IMG/VR virus record: IMGVR_UViG_3300045988_064955
Origin: a virus
Length of the DNA: 41,549 nt
Reading direction: 5' to 3' (one strand)
Every line of letters starts with the position of its first letter. Positions within the stretch are counted from its first letter, which is position 1. Made by a program: the position numbers and the translations under genes. The notes under the pieces were generated by a model. The model was not told the origin of the DNA and searched no databases. It saw only the letters and a program-made list of their open reading frames with translations. Below are positions 23,842 to 30,914 of the stretch, piece after piece.

Positions 23842-23913
23842 TCATTTTCCTCTTTTCCAGTTAGCCCACGCCCAAATTGCAGCACCTGAGATTAGCAGCA
23901 TTACGGCAATCAT
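23842..23913 (-). CDS. Possible 23-aa hydrophobic peptide coupled to yopX (ATGA overlap)
   Basis: Hand translation gives MIAVMLLISGAAIWAWANWKRGK. The ATG overlaps the YopX TGA. A weak + strand promoter-like TGtTTACAAT (23833..23842) would read antisense through it. Confidence 0.3.
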   Translation of the reverse strand: MIAVMLLISGAAIWAWANWKRGK

Positions 23914-24329
23914 TGCTTTCCCTCCAATAGCTGTTTGTCCTCAAAGATGTTTCCGATTACCTCGCACGTCTCAACACCTTCTTGAAAAATAGTTGCGAGT
24001 GCGTTTGCATCATAACTCCATGATGTCGGTATGCCTTCCAAATCAAATGCTGGGTAGTCCTCCTTGCCAAACCATTTTACTGTTGCTACATAAGATTCCC
24101 AGTCTTCTGACGTGACTTTCAGAATATCGCCTTCGTAGATTTCTCGGCCGTTCTTGTCTTTGAGCCCAGTGTATTGCATGAGTTCATAGCTATCCGCAAG
24201 TTGTAATTCTGCATCATACGCATCTTCGATAAGGCTCCATAATCCGCTTGGACCAAAATTCATAGCGGCAACATCAACCATCACTTTGTCTTTTTTGTTC
24301 CACGCTCTGAACTTAATCTCTCGTTTCAT
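23910..24329 (-). CDS. YopX family protein
   Basis: MKREIKFRAWNKKDKVM.. and ..QYTGLKDKNGREIYEGDIL.. are hallmark YopX sequences. Confidence 0.85.
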   Translation of the reverse strand: MKREIKFRAWNKKDKVMVDVAAMNFGPSGLWSLIEDAYDAELQLADSYELMQYTGLKDKNGREIYEGDILKVTSEDWESYVATVKWFGKEDYPAFDLEGIPTSWSYDANALATIFQEGVETCEVIGNIFEDKQLLEGKQ

Positions 24330-24366
24330 TTCTCCGCCTCCAATTTCACTATTTCTCCGGTTTCCT
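24327..24366. repeat. 40-bp junction repeat, copy 1 (37/40 identical to 24581..24620)
   Basis: catttctccgcctccaatttcac[t/g]atttc[t/c]cc[g/t]gtttcct. In the - sense it encodes ..ETGEIVKLEAEK, a stop, an RBS and an ATG. Confidence 0.85.
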
Positions 24367-24394
24367 TGGTGTATGTCTTCATGGTGATGTACTC

Positions 24395-24583
24395 CTAATC
24401 AAATTTGATTGCTGGCATGTTCAGGTGCTCAATCAAGCCAAGGCGTTCCAACCGCTCATAGTTGAGACGCTCGCAGTATAAATCCGCTTCGTACTGAGAA
24501 CTGAATTCCTTGATTTTGGTTTCACCATTGCGACCCACAATTTTGAATTTCATTTTTTTATCGGTCCTATCCAGTTGGCTCAT
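24395..24583 (-). CDS. Hypothetical 62-aa protein (cassette between the junction repeats)
   Basis: ORF track entry. Its ATG lies inside repeat copy 2 and uses the GGAGGCGGAG RBS. Confidence 0.55.
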   Translation of the reverse strand: MSQLDRTDKKMKFKIVGRNGETKIKEFSSQYEADLYCERLNYERLERLGLIEHLNMPAIKFD

Positions 24584-24969
24584 TTCTCCGCCTCCAATTT
24601 CACGATTTCCCCTGTTTCCTCAACGCGCCAGACACCTAGCACCCATGCACGGGCGAATGCGTTCTGATTGTTAGCGATCCAGTGATACTTCGTCTGGTTT
24701 AGGTCATCGAGCGGCGTATCAATGCGACTGACGGCATCTCTCAGGAAACCAAATAATGTGAACATCAGTTTGTATCTCTTTAGATACTCTCCTACCTCTT
24801 TCGGAATCACCGGCAGATCATCTGGCAAGGCGGCGTCATAGTCTTTCAGATAGACTTGTTTGTCTTCGTTAGTAAGCTCATCGCCAATTCCTTCACCGTC
24901 CAAGGCAATGTATGCATTTGCTAGTTCTTCGACTAAGTCATTGAACACGTCCCACTTCGTCTCTGTCAT
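24580..24969 (-). CDS. DUF1642-like phage protein (tentative)
   Basis: 129 aa. ..PVIPKEVGEYLKRYK.. and ..NQNAFARAWVLGVWRVEE resemble the DUF1642 pattern of LAB and streptococcal phages as I recall it. It shares an N-terminal ETK.DVFN..YDAALP module with the next gene. Confidence 0.5.
   Translation of the reverse strand: MTETKWDVFNDLVEELANAYIALDGEGIGDELTNEDKQVYLKDYDAALPDDLPVIPKEVGEYLKRYKLMFTLFGFLRDAVSRIDTPLDDLNQTKYHWIANNQNAFARAWVLGVWRVEETGEIVKLEAEK
24581..24620. repeat. 40-bp junction repeat, copy 2
   Basis: See copy 1. Here it forms the true 3' end of the 129-aa gene (..RVEETGEIVKLEAEK). Confidence 0.85.
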
Positions 24970-25337
24970 AATTTTCTCCTACAAATTGGGCAATAGTTAA
25001 TTGCCATATCCAAAACGACTGATACTTCTCCGAATCGGTTCATTTGCGTGACACACAGCTTCGGGTGCTTGTTTTCTGGTGATTTGATTCGTGCCTTCAC
25101 CCGTCTGTACAGCTTCGTTTTGCGAACAAAGTCGAAATATTCTGTCTTGTCTGACATGGCTTTGCCGTAATGCGCATGTTTTGATTGTGGGTCAACTTCA
25201 TGGCAATACGGGCAATTTTTCTGCTGCTCGGTTTCTTCTGGCAGGGCGGCGTCATATCTGGCACGCCATTGTTCTGAACCGTGTGACATGTCAGCCATTA
25301 ATGCGTTGAACACGTCTTGCTTCGTCTCATTGCTCAT
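24966..25337 (-). CDS. Zinc-ribbon-like hypothetical protein
   Basis: 123 aa with CPYCH near the middle and CPICRRK at the C-terminus. Its N-terminus is paralogous to 24580..24969. Confidence 0.55.
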   Translation of the reverse strand: MSNETKQDVFNALMADMSHGSEQWRARYDAALPEETEQQKNCPYCHEVDPQSKHAHYGKAMSDKTEYFDFVRKTKLYRRVKARIKSPENKHPKLCVTQMNRFGEVSVVLDMAINYCPICRRKL

Positions 25338-25842
25338 CGTCAGTCACCTCTTCTTTCTTGTAGTCTTGCAAGTGATAATGATCTATTTCTAGCTTTGTGA
25401 ATTTGGCTTCTGGACGATCAAGATCAATGTGAAACGAGTCATCAGCATTGCAAATTTCATGATCAATCTTGTAAAAATAGCTGTCGTCCGTATGTGGCAC
25501 CTTAACGTTGTATTTCTTCTCCTCTGCCACGGTGTAGCCGTTGACGTAAGCATTAATTAATAGCTGTTCATCAAGGCCATGCTTAGAAATGTACATTGCC
25601 GGACAGCAGTCTTCATGTGCCCCTTCAACGATTTCTGCTTGCTCTTTGGTTAGCACTACCTTTTCAGGCTCCTCAATAAAAGTGACAACGTGGCCACAAT
25701 AATAATTAGCCATAGCCTCAGCACTATCTTCGCTGACCAGAACCGGACAATAAGATTTGGACAATGGCAGAAATTTTGCATTTTCACAGTCAAAGTATTT
25801 GCCTTCATCGTTCTTTACCGCTTACAGTTTTTCTTCGCTCAT
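25327..25842 (-). pseudogene. Hypothetical gene interrupted by an in-frame TAA at codon 7 (or a gene restarting at the TTG at 25764)
   Basis: GAGGACGAAAAATG agc gaa gaa aaa ctg TAA gcg gta aag aac gat gaa ggc .. runs in the same frame as track ORF 25327..25764. No ATG or GTG and no RBS lie between the TAA and the TTG. Confidence 0.5.
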
Positions 25843-25853
25843 TTTTCGTCCTC
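25833..25853. repeat. 21-bp perfect direct repeat, copy 1 (same as 26696..26716), flanking the methyltransferase cassette
   Basis: cttcgctcatttttcgtcctc. In the - sense this reads GAGGACGAAAAATGAGCGAAG (RBS + ATG + SE). Confidence 0.85.
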
Positions 25854-25854
25854 C

Positions 25855-26610
25855 TTACAGAAGCGCCAAAGACATGGTGCTGAGCATTTTCTCTTTTGCC
25901 AGCCTGTACATATCTTTCTTAATTTCAAACCCAAAACAAGATCTGCCTAGTTCCGCAGCCGCTCTTAGCGTAGATCCACTACCAGCACACGGATCGATCA
26001 CAACGTCACCCTGATCGGTGAACAGCTCGATCAGTCTTTTCAGCACTGGGATAGGCTTCTGCGTGGGATGAATCTTAGGATAGGTATTGTCCGTATCCCA
26101 CCGGAACCAGTTGAATACCATCTGCCCATCATTGTTGAACTTCGGTAACTTGTCGCGGTATAAGACCACAGCGTACTCGGTAGCCCCCACGATCCTCATG
26201 TTGGCTTTCAGAGCCTGTGCCGACTGGTTTTTGATGAATATCAGCGGGAAACTGTGTTGGAACCCGTATTTATTCCCATATTCGATAACCATCTGCATCT
26301 GTTGGAATGCGCAAAACACGATCATTGCTGGTGCCTTTCCGCGCTCTTTTGGCTCCTTGGCTAGCATGTGACTACAAAAATGCATGAACTCGGCAACACG
26401 GAAATCAACGTCTGTATCGAAGAACGTCTTGCCAGCCTTACTGCTAGTGCCATTTTTGTCGTTCCCACCAACATACCAAGTTGGGTTTGACCCGTAGGCA
26501 TTGTTCCCAATGTTGTAAGGAATGTCAGCAATCACAAGCTGTGCCTTTGGAATACCGTATCGCTTAAAGTTCTGAAAGTGGTCGTTGTAGAGCTCGCACT
26601 TTGCTTTCAT
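25855..26610 (-). CDS. Orphan DNA methyltransferase (N6/N4 MTase family, beta-class motif order)
   Basis: The DPPY-like motif ADIPYNIG lies N-terminal to the AdoMet motif VIDPCAGSGST. The ATG at 26610 follows GGGAGGAAAC. No cognate restriction gene is present in the genome. Confidence 0.85.
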   Translation of the reverse strand: MKAKCELYNDHFQNFKRYGIPKAQLVIADIPYNIGNNAYGSNPTWYVGGNDKNGTSSKAGKTFFDTDVDFRVAEFMHFCSHMLAKEPKERGKAPAMIVFCAFQQMQMVIEYGNKYGFQHSFPLIFIKNQSAQALKANMRIVGATEYAVVLYRDKLPKFNNDGQMVFNWFRWDTDNTYPKIHPTQKPIPVLKRLIELFTDQGDVVIDPCAGSGSTLRAAAELGRSCFGFEIKKDMYRLAKEKMLSTMSLALL

Positions 26611-26705
26611 ACTTGTTTCCTCCCGGTTGTCCATGCCGAATCGCTGAGTACCATGATGAATATCGCGCATGCACACCCCCACCAAAAATAGATTCCTTCG
26701 CTCAT
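26607..26705 (-). CDS. Possible 32-aa hydrophobic peptide, or the remnant 5' end of a displaced gene
   Basis: It starts inside repeat copy 2 (MSEGIYFWWGCACAIFIMVLSDSAWTTGRKQV) and has ATGA overlaps at both ends. Coordinates are hand-derived. Confidence 0.25.
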   Translation of the reverse strand: MSEGIYFWWGCACAIFIMVLSDSAWTTGRKQV

Positions 26706-26716
26706 TTTTCGTCCTC
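26696..26716. repeat. 21-bp perfect direct repeat, copy 2
   Basis: See copy 1. The two copies are spaced 863 bp apart. Confidence 0.85.
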
Positions 26717-26812
26717 TACTTTCGTAAGCTTGTACATAATTCCTTTGATGTCCACGTACACCGGCTCACCGGTCACTTGGCTGATGTAAACATCGTCTAC
26801 TTCTGACTCCAT
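26702..26812 (-). CDS. Small 36-aa protein
   Basis: GGAGG lies 7 nt before the ATG. The product reads MESEVDDVYISQVTGEPVYVDIKGIMYKLTKVEDEK and has an ATGA overlap with the next start. Confidence 0.4.
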   Translation of the reverse strand: MESEVDDVYISQVTGEPVYVDIKGIMYKLTKVEDEK

Positions 26813-26823
26813 TGGTTGGCCTC

Positions 26824-27207
26824 CTAAAGCTGTTCTTCCGTGAATAGTCCTGTGTGATAGTCATATCTAGCAATCGTGATTGGTATTTTGTACCTAATCA
26901 TGAACAGCAGCATTCGAAGCCTAGCATCGGTGGTCAAAGTCGCGTCTCCGCCTTTAACGTCAACAACTTTTGTCAACTCGTCACCGTCATAAAAGCAGTA
27001 GTCGGGTGTGTATACGCGTGCTGAATATCGTTTTCCATTGATCTTGAATGCCGACAAAATCTCAAATGATTCTTGAATCGTTACCTTCTGTGGCTTGTTG
27101 CGTATCAGCATGTAGTAGGCGCCCTCTGCTTTGCTTGCAAATCGAATGCCATCAATTACGACTGGCTGCGCATTGTACTTGCCTCTGCGTCTCTTGCGGA
27201 TAACCAT
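26824..27207 (-). CDS. DUF1064 protein (putative PD-(D/E)XK resolvase-like nuclease)
   Basis: KYNAQPVVIDGIRFASKAEGAYY.. and ..YTPDYCFYDG..VVDVKG fit the DUF1064 pattern. Confidence 0.75.
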   Translation of the reverse strand: MVIRKRRRGKYNAQPVVIDGIRFASKAEGAYYMLIRNKPQKVTIQESFEILSAFKINGKRYSARVYTPDYCFYDGDELTKVVDVKGGDATLTTDARLRMLLFMIRYKIPITIARYDYHTGLFTEEQL

Positions 27208-27209
27208 GG

Positions 27210-27659
27210 CTAACGGCTCACGATCTCTTCATGGCCATTGTTGCGGCGTGGCAGCTTGATCTCAAATTCATCTGCCACTCGCTTCACGAACGTTGTTGAC
27301 TTCCCGATCCGTTTCGCAACGTCAATCAGCGTGTCACATTGTGAGGCCGCTTCTGCAATTCCGCGCGCGTATTTGGCACGGGCTTCTTTTCGCTTTTTTG
27401 AAATCTTTTTAAGGCCGTTGTTGACTGAAGTCTTCAAAATGTCGCTGTCATCAATACCAGATACCGCACGTTTATCAACAATCGCGCGTTTGGATACAAC
27501 GATCAGGTTATTGAACTCTTGCTTCTCAATTTTTGAGAATGCTTCGCTTTTTGAGATATCTAGCTTAACTGCGTTTTCGTATCGCTTTCGCAATTCAGCC
27601 TTGAAATCGCGCCACACTTTGTCTCCCTGTTTGTAAAGCCGTACCGTTACTTGTGTCAT
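27210..27659 (-). CDS. Hypothetical protein with a probable C-terminal HTH
   Basis: 149 aa, basic. The C-terminal ..LIDVAKRIGKSTTFVKRVADEF looks like an HTH. Confidence 0.55.
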   Translation of the reverse strand: MTQVTVRLYKQGDKVWRDFKAELRKRYENAVKLDISKSEAFSKIEKQEFNNLIVVSKRAIVDKRAVSGIDDSDILKTSVNNGLKKISKKRKEARAKYARGIAEAASQCDTLIDVAKRIGKSTTFVKRVADEFEIKLPRRNNGHEEIVSR

Positions 27660-27934
27660 GCTTTTTCCTCCTGACGCAACTCGATGTATTCTTGCTCGCT
27701 AATTGGCTGTTTTAGCTTATCGATCGATATATTCATAGCCTTTGCTATTTTCATGAGTGTTACCGTCATTACCTCTTTGCCACCAAGAAAACTAGCAACT
27801 GTGATGCGACTAACACCAGCAATCAAAGCAAAACGGTATACTGGCAAGCTGTGATGATCGTCAAGAAAGTTGCGAAGTCGTTCACGTGCCCAATCTTGGC
27901 CTGCATTGTTAGTTTCGCTCGTGTGCTCAATCAT
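27656..27934 (-). CDS. XRE-like HTH protein
   Basis: ..FALIAGVSRITVASFLGGKEVMTVTLMKIAKAMNISIDKL. Confidence 0.6.
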   Translation of the reverse strand: MIEHTSETNNAGQDWARERLRNFLDDHHSLPVYRFALIAGVSRITVASFLGGKEVMTVTLMKIAKAMNISIDKLKQPISEQEYIELRQEEKA

Positions 27935-27946
27935 GCTTTTGCCTCC

Positions 27947-28291
27947 TCAAAATTTTTGTTCTGGTAAACTCACGTTTAGCTTTTGCAAGTATCCTCGCCA
28001 AATATCGTATGTGTTTTGGCAATAAGCTCGCGTTACTGGATCAGTTTCTTTTGTTGGTAAATATGCACTAGTTTTCCCATAATATTCTGACTCAGCCGTC
28101 TCTAACGCATCGGCTAATGTCACGTACGCCCATTTGTGCCAAAACTTCTTCATACCAGTATCGGCTTGTTGCGCCTTTTTTAGATATTCCGCGGCTTCAT
28201 CAAGCTGCAGAATAACGAACAGCGAGTATTGATAATGTCCCTCCTGCATGTACTCATTGAACTCTTTAAGTGTCATAGTTGGATAAGCCAT
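27947..28291 (-). CDS. Hypothetical protein
   Basis: The ATG at 28291 (MAYPTMTLKEF..) lies 1 nt after the helicase stop. The upstream part of the track ORF overlaps the helicase. Confidence 0.55.
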   Translation of the reverse strand: MAYPTMTLKEFNEYMQEGHYQYSLFVILQLDEAAEYLKKAQQADTGMKKFWHKWAYVTLADALETAESEYYGKTSAYLPTKETDPVTRAYCQNTYDIWRGYLQKLNVSLPEQKF

Positions 28292-28292
28292 T

Positions 28293-29555
28293 TCAATACG
28301 CCACCTTGAACTGCAACTTTGGTGCGAAAAAACGAAAATCAATGCTGCCAAGTGCTCCTTCACGATTTTTTGCAATTGTTAAAGTCACAGTACGGATATC
28401 TGATTTTTCGTTCTGCCGATCACTGTTCCAAAGGAATCCAACCGCATTGCTATCTTGTTCAATTGATCCCGACTCTCGTAAATCTGATAGTACCGGTTGC
28501 TTGTCCTGACGATTCTCAATACCTCGTGATAATTGACTAAGCAAAACAATCGGGATACCAAGCTCGTTGGTCAGCACTTTGAATTGACGGGTGATCTCTT
28601 CGATTTGCAGACGGCGATCGGATTGGCTACGAACACCAATCAGCCCAAGATAATCAACAATCGCAAGGTATCCTTTATCTGCATCAGCGGCTCGCTGCCG
28701 CATTGTTTTGACGATCTGCGGTAATTCCACCTGCTTGTCGTAAAGCTGCAAGTGATAGTCTTTAAGGACGTTTCCCGCCTTTTCAACCTCAACCTTCTCA
28801 GCATCGCTTAGACTTTTCTGTGGGTTGATGAATTTACCAGCACTGATGCCAGTCTTGCAGGCCAACAAGCGGTTGTAGTTTTCTGCATTTGACATTTCAA
28901 GCGAAAACATATCAACTGTCAATTCCGGTTGCTGTTTCAAAGCCTCAATGATGAGATTGACCGCGAATGCTGATTTACCGACACCAGGGCGCGCACCAAT
29001 CGTCAACAAACGTCCCGGCATCAAGCCACCACCAAGAATATTGTTAAGAGTGAAGTACGTTTTAATCCCATTGTCAGTAGCACCGTGGATCATTTTGTCC
29101 TCCATGTCCGCTGCCAAATCTGCAATGCTACTTTCAGTTACCGTCTGGCTTGCTGCAGTCGCATTCTGTGAAGCCTCCATCATTGCTGTCAGGTTGTCCT
29201 CACTTGGTTCTTCCGAGTACGCTTGTGCTGCTTTAATGAGCTGACTACGGAAATAGTCCCGCTTTAGCTTGCCAACCCACCAGTCAAAACGTGAGGTGCC
29301 AAAATCACTGGTCATAATGTATTGCCAATCTGCTGCTGACATCACGCCTGGATGAGCTGTTGCAAAACCATCCTGCAATTCCAGCGTATCTACGTCACCT
29401 GGCAACTTGTTCATGTAGGCAACTACTGCAGCGTATTGCTGGCTGTTAAACCATTTAGGATCAATCCATTCAGACTTGATGAGTTCCGGCTTCGTATATA
29501 GTCCATACATGACATGTGGTTCAGGATTGCTAGGGTCATAAAGTTTTTTTGTCAA
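28293..29555 (-). CDS. DnaB-like replicative helicase
   Basis: Walker A GARPGVGKSAF, Walker B-like YLAIVDYLG, and ..LLSQLSRGIENRQDKQPVLSDLRESGSIEQDSN. The TTG start forms a TTGA overlap with the upstream stop. Confidence 0.9.
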   Translation of the reverse strand: MTKKLYDPSNPEPHVMYGLYTKPELIKSEWIDPKWFNSQQYAAVVAYMNKLPGDVDTLELQDGFATAHPGVMSAADWQYIMTSDFGTSRFDWWVGKLKRDYFRSQLIKAAQAYSEEPSEDNLTAMMEASQNATAASQTVTESSIADLAADMEDKMIHGATDNGIKTYFTLNNILGGGLMPGRLLTIGARPGVGKSAFAVNLIIEALKQQPELTVDMFSLEMSNAENYNRLLACKTGISAGKFINPQKSLSDAEKVEVEKAGNVLKDYHLQLYDKQVELPQIVKTMRQRAADADKGYLAIVDYLGLIGVRSQSDRRLQIEEITRQFKVLTNELGIPIVLLSQLSRGIENRQDKQPVLSDLRESGSIEQDSNAVGFLWNSDRQNEKSDIRTVTLTIAKNREGALGSIDFRFFAPKLQFKVAY

Positions 29556-30385
29556 GCTTGTTGCCTCCGTTCATCGTATTCAGCAATGTAACGTTTAGCA
29601 TCTTCTGGATCGATCGGAATACCCTGCGCTTTGATTTCCTCAAGCACGCGATCTAGGCTGTTGTAATCAAGGTACATAGCGATGGCTGTTTGTTGCGGGT
29701 CAAACTTCGGCTTTCGAGCTTCCTGCTCATCTCGTTCTTCCTTTACGACCTCAAGGTAATCGTTCCATGACTCTTGGTTGAAGAAAGTACTACCGTCTTT
29801 GACAAACCGCTTCTCTGTGCCTTTGCTCTTGATTAGCTGTCGATAAGCCACAATGCCATCCTGAATTTGTTTGTTGGTAGCAGGGTTCTTCTTTCTACTC
29901 ATTGCTCGTTTGTAAGCAGCTAATGCTGGCTTCTTGCCGATCTTCTTTGGATACAGTTTCCAGAGCTTTTCAAAGTCACTCTCTAACGTGCTGGATGCAC
30001 GTATGTTTTTATTAATACTTGTATTATTCTCTTGCCCGTTTTTGGGCATAGGGTATACCCGTTTTTGGCTATAGGTATTACCATTTTTGGGCATAGGGTC
30101 TGTACGAATTTTGATATACCTTTTTTCAATTTCTTTGGTACCGTCTTTGTATTTGACATGACGTTCAATATATCCGCTGTCTTCTAAAGCACGTAGCCAT
30201 CTTTGTATAGTGGTTTGACCTACCTCGTACAAAGTCATAAAGTATTGATCGCTCGCCCAACAAGAGCCGCTCTTACTGCTGAGTGCCGTGATCTCGCCAT
30301 ACAAGATCTTGGCTCCTTGTGGTAGCTGTTTGTCATAGCGCACACCTGCTGGAATGATGGCATAGTAACTAGGGCTTTCATTCAT
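29552..30385 (-). CDS. Replication initiator / replisome organizer (winged-HTH N-terminus, DnaD-like C-terminus)
   Basis: The ATG at 30385 (MNESPSYYAIIPAGVRYDKQL..ILYGEITALS..TIQRWLRALEDSGYI) follows AAGGCGGTGA. It lies upstream of the helicase and contains internal DNA iterons. Confidence 0.75.
   Translation of the reverse strand: MNESPSYYAIIPAGVRYDKQLPQGAKILYGEITALSSKSGSCWASDQYFMTLYEVGQTTIQRWLRALEDSGYIERHVKYKDGTKEIEKRYIKIRTDPMPKNGNTYSQKRVYPMPKNGQENNTSINKNIRASSTLESDFEKLWKLYPKKIGKKPALAAYKRAMSRKKNPATNKQIQDGIVAYRQLIKSKGTEKRFVKDGSTFFNQESWNDYLEVVKEERDEQEARKPKFDPQQTAIAMYLDYNSLDRVLEEIKAQGIPIDPEDAKRYIAEYDERRQQA
30035..30098. repeat. Three direct ~22-23-bp iterons inside the initiator gene (candidate origin of replication)
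   Basis: cccgtttttgggcataggg (30035), cccgtttttggctataggt (30058) and accatttttgggcataggg (30080). They encode the PMPKNG..PMPKNG protein repeat. Confidence 0.6.
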
Positions 30386-30401
30386 GATCGTCACCGCCTT
30401 C

Positions 30402-30839
30402 TTAGAATGGAAGATCATCATCCCTGATATCGACTGGCTGACCATTGTTGGCAAAACTGTTGCCTTGGATTGCGGCCGCTGGGTTATTAGCCGATCGTTG
30501 TTGACCATCCTGAGACGCTTGCCGTGGCTCAAGCAAAGCAAAATTCTCAACGATTACCTCGGTCACGAATACTTTCTGCCCTTGCGCGTTATCATACGTA
30601 CGCGTTTGGATATGGCCTTCGATGCCAACAAGTGAACCCTTGTGCGTGAAGTTGGCAAAGTTCTCAGCAGACTTACGCCAGATGGCACAATTGATGAAGT
30701 CAGTTTCACGTTCGCCGTTTGCGCTGCGAAATTGGCGATCAACAGCAATCGTAAATGAGCCAACTGCTGTTCCGCTTTGTGTATAGCGAAGATCAACATC
30801 TTTGGTTAATCGACCTGTTAAAGCAACTGTGTTTAACAT
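30402..30839 (-). CDS. ssb: Single-stranded DNA-binding protein
   Basis: OB-fold N-terminus MLNTVALTGRLTKDVDLRYTQSG.., a Gln/Asn-rich linker and the acidic tail DDDLPF. Confidence 0.95.
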   Translation of the reverse strand: MLNTVALTGRLTKDVDLRYTQSGTAVGSFTIAVDRQFRSANGERETDFINCAIWRKSAENFANFTHKGSLVGIEGHIQTRTYDNAQGQKVFVTEVIVENFALLEPRQASQDGQQRSANNPAAAIQGNSFANNGQPVDIRDDDLPF

Positions 30840-30914
30840 ATTAATTATCTCCTCTTGTTTTGTATTTTGTACGCGGCTAAATCCGCTTATCTTCGTAGTA
30901 CCGAGCTTATCGCG

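Noticed and set aside
21343-23842. CRISPR array, type III toxin-antitoxin RNA repeats, or retron ncRNA as explanations for the two non-coding arrays
   Set aside because: There is no regularly spaced identical repeat, so it is not CRISPR-like. The units are similar in architecture but mostly not in sequence, and they lie antisense to the neighbouring ORF, so they are not ToxI-like. There is no reverse transcriptase anywhere in the genome, so no retron or DGR.
29552-30550. The long N-terminal extensions of several track ORFs (30550, 28375, 26685, 40066, 35335, 35293, 9679, 11810) as true starts
   Set aside because: The extensions overlap upstream genes or promoters and lack an RBS. In each case an internal ATG or GTG with a good Shine-Dalgarno sequence, just after the upstream stop, fits better.
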